Source: an uncultured Verrucomicrobiae bacterium (GTDB taxonomy: Bacteria; Verrucomicrobiota; Verrucomicrobiia; Limisphaerales; J093). Taken from it: a DNA stretch of 64,000 nt. The notes under the pieces were generated by a model. That model had not been told where the DNA came from, ran no database searches, and was given only the letters and a program-made list of their open reading frames with translations. Location: the NCBI GenBank assembly GCA_937946835.1, contig CALFAV010000004.1:8787-72786 (forward strand), read 5' to 3'. Shown here in pieces: positions 57,188 to 64,000 of this stretch. Each line of letters starts with the position of its first letter. The stretch's first letter is position 1. The translations under genes were made by a program, and so were the position numbers.

Positions 57188-57507
57188 CGGTGGCCTGATG
57201 CTGGCAGGAACCCGACCCGATTCAACCCGTTTTGTGTCGCGAGCCCGCGACGGGCGCGAAACAAGCAACCGTGCCTTGCGGCACGTCGAACCCACACGAA
57301 GCGTCTTGGACTGCGGCGGGCCTCCGCTGCTTTGGGCCCGAGGGCCGGCAGATCAGCAATCCGCAAAACGGCAGGCCGACCGCCTGCGCTTACCGCGCCA
57401 GGGCCAGGGCACTGGCGCACCTCAAAGCTCGCACAAACGCCCAGCGGCCGAACCAATGCGGCGCAGTCCCGAACTGCAGCACGCCCGGGCCGCGTTGGCT
57501 CTGACGC

Positions 57508-57531
57508 AAAAACGCGTCTCCGACCGGAGAC
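57508..57531 (-). terminator. Intrinsic-terminator-like hairpin 32 nt downstream of the hpnH stop
   Basis: Minus strand: gtctcc-ggtc-ggagac, then gcg and TTTTT. The stem is only 6 bp, so this is a modest candidate. Confidence 0.4.
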
Positions 57532-57562
57532 CCGGGCCGCGAGCTCGGGGCCCTGCGGGCGG

Positions 57563-58984
57563 TCAATCCCCTGGTGAAGCGCCGGCCGTCGGGGAACGCT
57601 GCGTGACCGGGGCGGTCTCCCCGCCCGCTCCGCAAAACGTGCCCACGTGCGAACCGTCTTTGCCGTTGCTGCCCGGAGCGCCCGCTGGTGCGGACGTCGC
57701 TGCCACGGCCGCGCGCGCCTGGGCCAGATGCCCTTTGCCGACCGAGGCGCCGTTGAAGGCGCGGCGCTCCAGCTCGGGCGACCAGGGGTGCGGTTTCGGT
57801 CGCGGGCTGAAGTTGTATTTGAAGTTTTTCCAATGATCGCCGCTCTGGTAGTTGGTGCCGAGCGCGCCGCTGGGATCGTAACCGCAGTGCACCATGCAGT
57901 TCTCGCAACGCGGGTCGCGCGCCACCCCGTTGACGACACCGTATTTGGCCCAGTCCACCTTCTGGAGCATCTCGGCGTAGGTCGGGTAGTGCGCATCGGT
58001 CATCAGGTAACAGGGCGCTTTCCAGCCGCGGATGTTGTAGGTGGGGATCGCCCACGCGGTGCAGGTCAACTCGCGTCGGCCGGCGAGGAATTCCTGATAC
58101 ACCGGCGTGCCGAAGATCGTGAACTCGCGTCCCCAGTCGAGAATCTTCGCGAACTTTTGCCGCGTCATCTCGCGCGTCAGGAAGAACTCCTTCGGGTCCT
58201 TGCCCAGACGCCGGACCATGTCCTTCTTGGCCGCGTCGTAATCGTAGCCGGGCGAAATGGTGTGGCCGTCCACGCCCAGGGCGCTGAAGAAGCGGAACAT
58301 GTCTTCGATCTCCTGCACGTCGGTCTCGCGGTACACGGTCGTGTTGGTGGCCACCTGGAAACCGAGGATTTTGGCCATGCGCACCGCGGCGACGCATTCG
58401 CGGAAGACGCCCTCGCGCTCGACGATCAGGTCGTGGGTGTATTCCAGCCCGTCAATGTGCACGTTCCAGTAGAGCCATGGCGTGGGGCGGATCACGACGC
58501 GGTTTTTCGCCGCGGCGTCGGCGCGGCGGATGGCGTCGGCTTCCTTCCCGGTGAGGAGCTGCTCGTCGAGCAGCCGTTGCAGACGGGATTGATGGGACGG
58601 GTTGGAGGGATCATATACCGCGGCGAAGTACTCGCGCAGTTTCTTGCGCATGAACAGGCCGTTGGTGCAGATGTAAACGATGCGGCCCTGGACGAGCAGG
58701 CCGGCGACCAGTTCTTCGATTTTGGGATAGATGAGCGGTTCGCCGCCGCAGATCGAGACCATCGGCGCGTCGCACTCGGCGGCCGCCGCCAGGCATTGGT
58801 CCAGCGGCACCATGTCCTTGAGGCTGGTGGAGTATTCGCGAATGCGGCCGCAGCCGGTGCAGGTGAGGTTGCAGGTGTGGAGCGGCTCCAGTTGCAACAC
58901 CAGCGCGAACTTCGGCGTCTTGCGCAGTTTGTGTTTGACGATGTGCCGGGCAATCTTGACCGACAGGGCGAGAGGGAATCGCAT
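57563..58984 (-). CDS. hpnH: Adenosyl-hopene transferase HpnH (radical SAM) with a ~90-aa low-complexity C-terminal extension
   Basis: 473 aa with 'MRFPLALSVKIARHIVKHKLRKTPKFALVLQLEPLHTCNLTCTGCGRIREY' (CxxxCxxC) and a DUF3463-like block 'CTAWAIPTYNIRGWKAPCYLM...DPRCENCMVHCGY'. Confidence 0.88.
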   Translation of the reverse strand: MRFPLALSVKIARHIVKHKLRKTPKFALVLQLEPLHTCNLTCTGCGRIREYSTSLKDMVPLDQCLAAAAECDAPMVSICGGEPLIYPKIEELVAGLLVQGRIVYICTNGLFMRKKLREYFAAVYDPSNPSHQSRLQRLLDEQLLTGKEADAIRRADAAAKNRVVIRPTPWLYWNVHIDGLEYTHDLIVEREGVFRECVAAVRMAKILGFQVATNTTVYRETDVQEIEDMFRFFSALGVDGHTISPGYDYDAAKKDMVRRLGKDPKEFFLTREMTRQKFAKILDWGREFTIFGTPVYQEFLAGRRELTCTAWAIPTYNIRGWKAPCYLMTDAHYPTYAEMLQKVDWAKYGVVNGVARDPRCENCMVHCGYDPSGALGTNYQSGDHWKNFKYNFSPRPKPHPWSPELERRAFNGASVGKGHLAQARAAVAATSAPAGAPGSNGKDGSHVGTFCGAGGETAPVTQRSPTAGASPGD

Positions 58985-58994
58985 GGAAAAATGG

Positions 58995-59195
58995 TTACGG
59001 AACGTGAGCCAGGTGAAGATGAGCCGGCCCTTGCGCCGGGTTTTCGGGGGTGCCCGCGGGCGCCGGTTCCGCCCGGATCAAGCCGGGCAGGAAGAACGAG
59101 GCGGGCGAGACGCTGTGGGAAGCATTGATGCCGCTGCAGGCCACCCCCAGGGTCACCGCCGCCAGCAACAGCCCAAAATTGAGCCAAGGTTTCAC
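58995..59195 (-). CDS. Candidate 66-aa lipoprotein (below the ORF-track length cut-off when started at GTG 59195)
   Basis: GTG start. 'VKPWLNFGLLLAAVTLGVAC|SGINASHSVSPASFFLPGLIRAEP...' has a clean lipobox (L-G-V-A-C). By my count about 79% of third codon positions are G/C. TAA stop 10 nt before the hpnH ATG. Caveat: it leaves only about 60 nt to the divergent gene at 59256. Confidence 0.5.
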   Translation of the reverse strand: MKPWLNFGLLLAAVTLGVACSGINASHSVSPASFFLPGLIRAEPAPAGTPENPAQGPAHLHLAHVP

Positions 59196-59255
59196 GCCAT
59201 GCGCAGTATAAGGCCGAACCCCTGCCGTGCAACGAGGAAGTCCCCCCGCCGCGCG

Positions 59256-60026
59256 ATGGGTCTCGGGGCCTTGCTGCTGTGGGCCCTGCTGGGTCCGGGC
59301 CGGGGGGTTCCGGCCGAACCGCCGCCCGCGCCGACGCCCGCCGTCTCCGACCCCGCGGCGCGGGCCGAACGCCTGTATCAGGCGGCGGCCGCGGCCTGCG
59401 CGCGCGACCCCGACAACGTGACCAACGCCTGGCAATTCTGCCGCGCCACCTTCGACCGCGCCGAGTTCGCGCGGAACGATGCCGAGCGCGCGGCGTTGGC
59501 CGAACACGGCATCGCGGTGGCGCGGGCCGCGCTGGTGCGCCACACCAACGTGGCCGCCGTGCCGTATTACCTGGGCATGAATCTGGGACAACTGGCCCGC
59601 ACCAAATCGCTCGGAGCGCTGCCACTGGTCCGGGAAATGGCCGACCTTTTCGAGCGCGCACGCCGGCTGGACGAGCATTTCGACGAGGCCGGGCCGGACC
59701 GCAATCTGGGGCTGCTTTACCTGGAGGCACCCGGCTGGCCGGTCAGCATCGGCCATCGGGACCGGGCGCGGCGGCATCTGGAGCGCGCGCTCGAGCTGGC
59801 GCCGCATTACCCGGAAAACCACCTCAACCTGATCGAGGCCCGCCGGCGCTGGGGTGAAAAAGACCTGGACCCCGCACTCCGGCGGCTGGCTGAGTTGCTT
59901 CCCGCGGCGCGGCAACGCTACACCGGCGAGGCGTGGAGCGCGGCCTGGGAGGACTGGGAGCGGCGCTGGCGGGCCCTGCAGGCCAAAGCCGGTACGGACG
60001 TCGGCCCGGGTGCGGCCGTTCCCTGA
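59256..60026 (+). CDS. Secreted TPR-like helical-repeat protein
   Basis: 256 aa from ATG 59256 (alternative ATG 59199). Signal peptide 'MGLGALLLWALLGPGRG', then helical repeats 'PYYLGMNLGQLAR', 'RNLGLLYLEAPG' and 'RRHLERALELAPHYPENHLNLIEA'. Confidence 0.7.
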   Translation: MGLGALLLWALLGPGRGVPAEPPPAPTPAVSDPAARAERLYQAAAAACARDPDNVTNAWQFCRATFDRAEFARNDAERAALAEHGIAVARAALVRHTNVAAVPYYLGMNLGQLARTKSLGALPLVREMADLFERARRLDEHFDEAGPDRNLGLLYLEAPGWPVSIGHRDRARRHLERALELAPHYPENHLNLIEARRRWGEKDLDPALRRLAELLPAARQRYTGEAWSAAWEDWERRWRALQAKAGTDVGPGAAVP

Positions 60027-60047
60027 AGCACCCGTCGCCGGGGGCAT

Positions 60048-60380
60048 TCAGCCGGCGCCCAGCATCCATGCCACCCATGCGTTGAAGCCGGCCGGGGCCC
60101 CCGTCCACTGGAGGCTGTCCAGAACGCCGGACGCAAGCGCCCACCCGCCGGCCAGCGCCAACAATGCCCACCCCGGCATTTCCAGCCGCGCGGTGGTGCG
60201 CCGCTCCGCGATCAGTGCTTCCAGCCACACCCGGCTCAACGAGGTAACCGGGCGCGGTCGCGCGCGGGTCCGGGCTTCGGGCAGGGCGGGGAGCAGAATT
60301 TCGGCACCGCAAATCGCGCATACCCCGTTCGGGGCGAAAGCGCGCACGGCACTCGGGACAAAGGTCAATGTCTTGGTCAT
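60048..60380 (-). CDS. Hypothetical small membrane protein
   Basis: 110-aa ORF with a C-terminal hydrophobic stretch 'GWALLALAGGWALASGVL...AWVAWMLGAG' and no family recognised. Coding status is uncertain. Confidence 0.35.
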   Translation of the reverse strand: MTKTLTFVPSAVRAFAPNGVCAICGAEILLPALPEARTRARPRPVTSLSRVWLEALIAERRTTARLEMPGWALLALAGGWALASGVLDSLQWTGAPAGFNAWVAWMLGAG

Positions 60381-60600
60381 GGTATTTTGGTTTTGGCAAT
60401 CGGGGCCTGAGGGCGCCGAACTGTTTTATCGCCGGGGGTGAAACCCGGCGACCGGCCGCTGGGTTTCAAAAAAGTTCTGAGACAAAGGCGCGCCGGATCT
60501 CACCCCCCGCGTCGCGTCCGGGGGATTTGCTCATCAAGGGCCGTTAAAGTAAAGGTGAGTGACCCCCTGTGTCGCACCTGGAGGATTCGCCCTGTCCCCC

Positions 60601-61530
60601 TCACCGCGCCCGGATCGCCGGCGGCACCACCACCCGCAGCGCGCCGGGCCGCACCCGGAACCGGGCCGGCGTGCTCCCCACCACATCCCCGTCCAGTGCC
60701 AGGGGGAGGGCGTGTTCGGACTCGACCACCAGTTCCCGCCCGGGTTGGTAGCTCACCCGCGGATGCCCGGGGAAGGTGCCCCGGAGCAACCGGGGGAAAT
60801 TCCACAGGACCTCCCCGCGGCTGAGCGCTTCGATCAGACACAGCTCGAGCCGGCCGTCGTCCAGACGCGCGCCGGGCGAAAGCCGCATGACCCCGCCGCC
60901 GGCCCGCTCGCTGTTGCCGGCACACACGTGGAAGAAATGCCCCTCCCGGTGGCGGCCGTCGGCCCGCACTGTCAGCCGGGGCGCGCGGAATCGGAACAGC
61001 GCGCGGAAAAAGCCGGCGGAGTAGCAGCCGGACCGTCCCAGCCAGCGCTTGAGCCGGGGACCGGTGCAGGCCAGCAGCGCGGGAGCAAAACCCACCGCGG
61101 CAAACAACAGCGCGTATTGCCGGGGTTGCTCCGGGGTGGCCAGGGCTTCGACCTCGATCACATCCAGGCGTTGTTCCAGTCTCGCCAGGAGGGCGGCCAG
61201 CACGGCGGCCTCGTCGCGGAGTCCCAGGTGGTCGGCCAGGTCGTTGCCCGTGCCCAGGGGCAGCAGGCCCAACGCGGCCCCGGGGGTTGCTTCCGCCAAC
61301 AAGCCGTTGGCCACCGCGCGGGTGGTGCCGTCGCCTCCGGCGGCGATCACCACGTCCATCTCCGCCGCCGCGCGCGCCAGTGCCCGGGCGTGGTCGGGGT
61401 CGCGCGCCGCGGCCACGCTGACGGAGAGGCCCGACAGTAGCAGCTTCTGCTCGAGCCAATGGGCACGGCCACGGAGTCGCGGGCTGGCCGCCACGGCAGG
61501 GCTGGCAATGATCAGGCAACGGCGGGGCAC
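60601..61530 (-). CDS. Diacylglycerol kinase catalytic-domain lipid kinase (YegS/BmrU family)
   Basis: 309 aa with 'DVVIAAGGDGTTRAVANGL' and 'LGLLPLGTGNDLADHLG'. Confidence 0.85.
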   Translation of the reverse strand: MPRRCLIIASPAVAASPRLRGRAHWLEQKLLLSGLSVSVAAARDPDHARALARAAAEMDVVIAAGGDGTTRAVANGLLAEATPGAALGLLPLGTGNDLADHLGLRDEAAVLAALLARLEQRLDVIEVEALATPEQPRQYALLFAAVGFAPALLACTGPRLKRWLGRSGCYSAGFFRALFRFRAPRLTVRADGRHREGHFFHVCAGNSERAGGGVMRLSPGARLDDGRLELCLIEALSRGEVLWNFPRLLRGTFPGHPRVSYQPGRELVVESEHALPLALDGDVVGSTPARFRVRPGALRVVVPPAIRAR

Positions 61531-61542
61531 CGGGCGGGCCGC

Positions 61543-63516
61543 TCAATATTCGCGGCGCAGGTGGGAAGGCAGGATGTTCAGCTCGGAGCGGTACTTGGCC
61601 ACGGTGCGGCGGGCGATGAGGATGCCGCGGGCGCCGAGCTGGCGCACGATTTCCTCGTCGGAAAGCGGCTTGTGTTTGTCCTCCTTGGACACCAGTTCGA
61701 GGATCATCTGCTTGACGCTTTCGTTGGAGACAGCGCCATCCCCGCCGGCGGTGGGCAGGCCCGAGGTGAAGAAGTAGCGCAGCTCGAAGACCCCCTGGGG
61801 TGTCTGCATGTATTTGCCGGAGACCGCCCGGCTGACGGTCGTTTCGTGCACGCCCACCGCCGCGGCCACCTGGGCCATGGTCATGGGGCGCAGGTGGGCG
61901 GGGCCTTTGTCCATGAACTCGCGCTGCCGGTGGACGATTTCCCGGCCGATGTTCAGGAGGGTTTGCTGCCGCTGCTGGAGACTTTTGATGAGGTACTTGC
62001 CGGCGCGGATTTTCTCGCGGATGTAGGCGCGGACCTCCTCCGAACTTTCCGGCCGGGCCATGAGGTCTTTGTAGGTGTTGCTGATGCGCAGGCGCGGCAG
62101 GATGTCGTTGTTGGTGCTCACGAGGTAGTCTTCCTCGGTGTTGGGTGCGAACACGTGCGGGAAGGCCTCCTCGAGGAGCAGGCGGTTGAGCTTGACCCGG
62201 CTGATGCCCCGGGGGTTTTCCCGGCCCCGGGCCAGGGTCTCCGGGCTGAACCGGCGGGCGCTCAATGCGGCCCGGTCAAACAGCGAAGGCCCGGTCAGCA
62301 GTCGGTTCAAATCCCGGCACAGGGCCGCGCGCAGGGCGGAGCGGCCCGCCTCGTCCGGCTTGGCACGATACTCCCGGACCCGCGCGCGGGTCTTTTCCGA
62401 AAGCCCCTCCCAGACCGCGCGTGCGAACGGGTCCACCGGGCTGAAGACCCATCCCTGCGGCAGCAGGGCGGTGCCCGGCGTGCCGTTGACGCCGCCCTCC
62501 GGGCCCTGCTCGGTTTCGTGGGCCGCGGGTGGCGGCGCCTCCAACAACGGCGCCCACGTGGCAACCAACCGATCCAGGTCCTTGATCTCGGCCGCGGAGA
62601 AATGAAAGGCCTCGGGCTGGTTGGGGGTGACGAAGATTTCCGGCACCACGTAAAGGCCCTCCTCGGAGGAAAACTCCCGGCCGGGCCGCGGGTCCAGTTG
62701 GCTGATGCGCTCGGCGGCCGCCTTGACGGCGTTCAGGTCCACCCCCAGCGCCCGTGCCAACTCCGGGTACCGGTGTCGGGCCAGCGTGTCCAGGTGCTGG
62801 TCCACGATTTGGTACTCGAGCGAGTCCCGGCGCCCCGCGCGCTCCAACTGGAGCAGGAGACACTCCCGCAGGTCCCGGGCCGCCACCCCCGGGGGGGTAA
62901 AGGTCTGAACGACCTTGAGCACCTCGGCCACCTGGTCCACCGGCACGCCCGCGCCGAAGGCGATTTCCTCGAGGCTGGCCTGCAGGTAGCCGCGGTCATC
63001 CACGTTGCCCACGATCTGCTCGGCAATGGCCCGCTGCGCCCCGGTCAACTCGGACAGCCGCACCTGCTCGAGCAGATGCTCCTGGAGCGAGGTGCCGGCC
63101 ACCAGCGAATCGAACATGAACTGGCGCCGTTCCTCGTCGTCCTCGCTGCGCGGGGCGGCCAGTTGGCTCTGGGCGAACACCTCGCGCCATTCCTGGTCCA
63201 TTTGCACGAGGCGCTGGAACTCCGCGTCGAAATCATCCGCCGGGGCGGCGGACGGTTTCTCCGTGGCGGGATCGTAGCGCACGTCCGGGGGCGGCTCCTG
63301 CGGGTCGTGGGGGTCGGTCAGCGGGGGCAATTCCTCCGGGGCGGGCTCCGCGGCGGCGACCTCCTCGAGCACCGGGTTTTGCGAGAGCTCCTGTCGAACC
63401 AGCGCCTGCAATTCGAGCATCGGCGCCTGCAACAGGGCCAGCGATTGCTGGAGTTGCGGCGCCAGGACCTGCTGCAGCGCGAGGCGCTGGGACAGATGCA
63501 GCCCCTGTGATGCCAC
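61543..63516 (-). CDS. rpoN: RNA polymerase sigma-54 factor, unusually long (657 aa)
   Basis: Region I 'LSQRLALQQVLAPQLQQSLALLQAPMLELQALVRQELSQNPVLEE', HTH 'MAQVAAAVGVHETTVSRAVSGKYM' and the RpoN box 'ARRTVAKYRSELNI'. Confidence 0.93.
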   Translation of the reverse strand: MASQGLHLSQRLALQQVLAPQLQQSLALLQAPMLELQALVRQELSQNPVLEEVAAAEPAPEELPPLTDPHDPQEPPPDVRYDPATEKPSAAPADDFDAEFQRLVQMDQEWREVFAQSQLAAPRSEDDEERRQFMFDSLVAGTSLQEHLLEQVRLSELTGAQRAIAEQIVGNVDDRGYLQASLEEIAFGAGVPVDQVAEVLKVVQTFTPPGVAARDLRECLLLQLERAGRRDSLEYQIVDQHLDTLARHRYPELARALGVDLNAVKAAAERISQLDPRPGREFSSEEGLYVVPEIFVTPNQPEAFHFSAAEIKDLDRLVATWAPLLEAPPPAAHETEQGPEGGVNGTPGTALLPQGWVFSPVDPFARAVWEGLSEKTRARVREYRAKPDEAGRSALRAALCRDLNRLLTGPSLFDRAALSARRFSPETLARGRENPRGISRVKLNRLLLEEAFPHVFAPNTEEDYLVSTNNDILPRLRISNTYKDLMARPESSEEVRAYIREKIRAGKYLIKSLQQRQQTLLNIGREIVHRQREFMDKGPAHLRPMTMAQVAAAVGVHETTVSRAVSGKYMQTPQGVFELRYFFTSGLPTAGGDGAVSNESVKQMILELVSKEDKHKPLSDEEIVRQLGARGILIARRTVAKYRSELNILPSHLRREY

Positions 63517-63638
63517 GCACCCAACATAGACACCCGTCCGGCAGGCTCAAGCGCGAAGTCCGGCCGGCACCCGCCGCCGGGCGCCCGCGCCATTCGAGGT
63601 TCGACACCCCCCGGGCGGGGCCGCATAGTCCGGCGGCG

Positions 63639-64000
63639 ATGAATTCCATGACCGGGTACGGTCGCGGTGAGGCCGCTCGTGGCGGGTTCAAGGTCACCGT
63701 CGAACTCAGTTCCCTCAACCGCCGGCAGAGCGAGCTGGTGCTCAGCCTGCCGCGCGAACTCGAGCCGCTGGAGGCGCGGGCGCGCGAGCTCATTCACCGC
63801 CACATCGCCCGGGGCCGCATCACGGCGCGCGTCTGGTTGCACGCCGCCGACGAAGCCTGGCGCCAGCGCGTGCACCTGAATCTGCCCCTGGCCCGGGCCT
63901 ACGCCCGGGAGTTGACCCGGTTGGCCCGGTCGCTGCACCTGGAGGGGCTGGTGACCGTGGACACCCTGCTGCGCGTGCCCGGGGTGATTCGCACCGAGGA
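63639..64000 (+). CDS. yicC: YicC/YloC family protein (5' partial; runs off the window end)
   Basis: 'MNSMTGYGRGEAARGGFKVTVELSSLNRRQSELVLSLPRELEPLEARARELI' is the typical YicC N-terminus. Confidence 0.85.
   Translation, partial: MNSMTGYGRGEAARGGFKVTVELSSLNRRQSELVLSLPRELEPLEARARELIHRHIARGRITARVWLHAADEAWRQRVHLNLPLARAYARELTRLARSLHLEGLVTVDTLLRVPGVIRTE

Noticed and set aside
57188-57500. A cobalamin riboswitch upstream of the B12-binding radical SAM gene (hpnJ-like). 'AAGCGCAGGCGGTCGGCCTGCC' vaguely recalls the B12 box, and a 'GCCAGTG' is also present.
   Set aside because: The putative B12 box is better explained as a simple hairpin (gcaggc/gcctgc). I could not find the 'GGTGAAAnTCC' or 'GCCACTG' core elements in the right order. 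It is kept only as something to test with a covariance model.
60440-60467. The hairpin gaaaccc...gggtttc between the DAGK-family gene and the small ORF at 60380, flanked by an A6/T6 run.
   Set aside because: On the minus strand the T-run comes before the hairpin. On the plus strand the hairpin is followed by A residues. It therefore does not have terminator geometry for either transcription direction.

Overview
This is a GC-rich bacterial chromosomal segment. I call about 47 protein genes and 2 tRNA genes (tRNA-Ser-GCU, tRNA-Gly-UCC). I found no rRNA, CRISPR array, transposase, integrase or prophage genes. Several protein features suggest the PVC superphylum, probably Verrucomicrobiota (inference only): a prepilin-like protein with an H-X9-DG tail, a sulfatase plus a GH29 fucosidase, long-form IspG, a giant beta-helix/CARDB/Calx-beta surface protein, and beta-sandwich modules ending in F-[FY]-R-A-V. 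Most genes are housekeeping: ispG, rseP, nth, tgt, scpAB, pheA, kdsD, pyrC, mtnP, glmS, glgC, murJ, hisA, hisB, asnS, a beta-carbonic anhydrase, an EF-P-like factor, rpoN and yicC. The ORF track holds many very long antisense or out-of-frame ORFs, as expected at this GC content; I chose frames by recognisable protein-family motifs, start context and third-position GC. Six things stand out. (1) An 11.7-kb gene (3893..15550) encodes a 3,885-aa mosaic surface protein. Its textbook signal peptide lies upstream in the same frame but is cut off by in-frame TAA and TAG codons. The protein also carries a 112-residue island holding 13 of its 22 cysteines. (2) An orphan 668-aa secreted protein has three ~56-aa repeats built on 'ER-x-[KR]-QLLG' and shares a terminal beta-sandwich module with the giant protein. 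(3) A DNA-methyltransferase-like gene keeps the AdoMet-binding half but has no catalytic (D/N/S)PP(Y/F/W) motif. A small, apparently frameshifted ORF precedes it and overlaps it by ATGA. (4) A hopanoid side-chain pair (hpnH and an hpnJ-like B12 radical SAM gene) has a lipobox mini-ORF upstream and a highly structured 375-nt spacer between the two genes. (5) rpoN carries an insertion of about 160 aa. (6) There are two ECF sigma/anti-sigma modules, one fused into an operon with a polyprenyl diphosphate synthase. I cannot name a complete novel multi-gene system with confidence. The interrupted giant gene is the most unusual locus.
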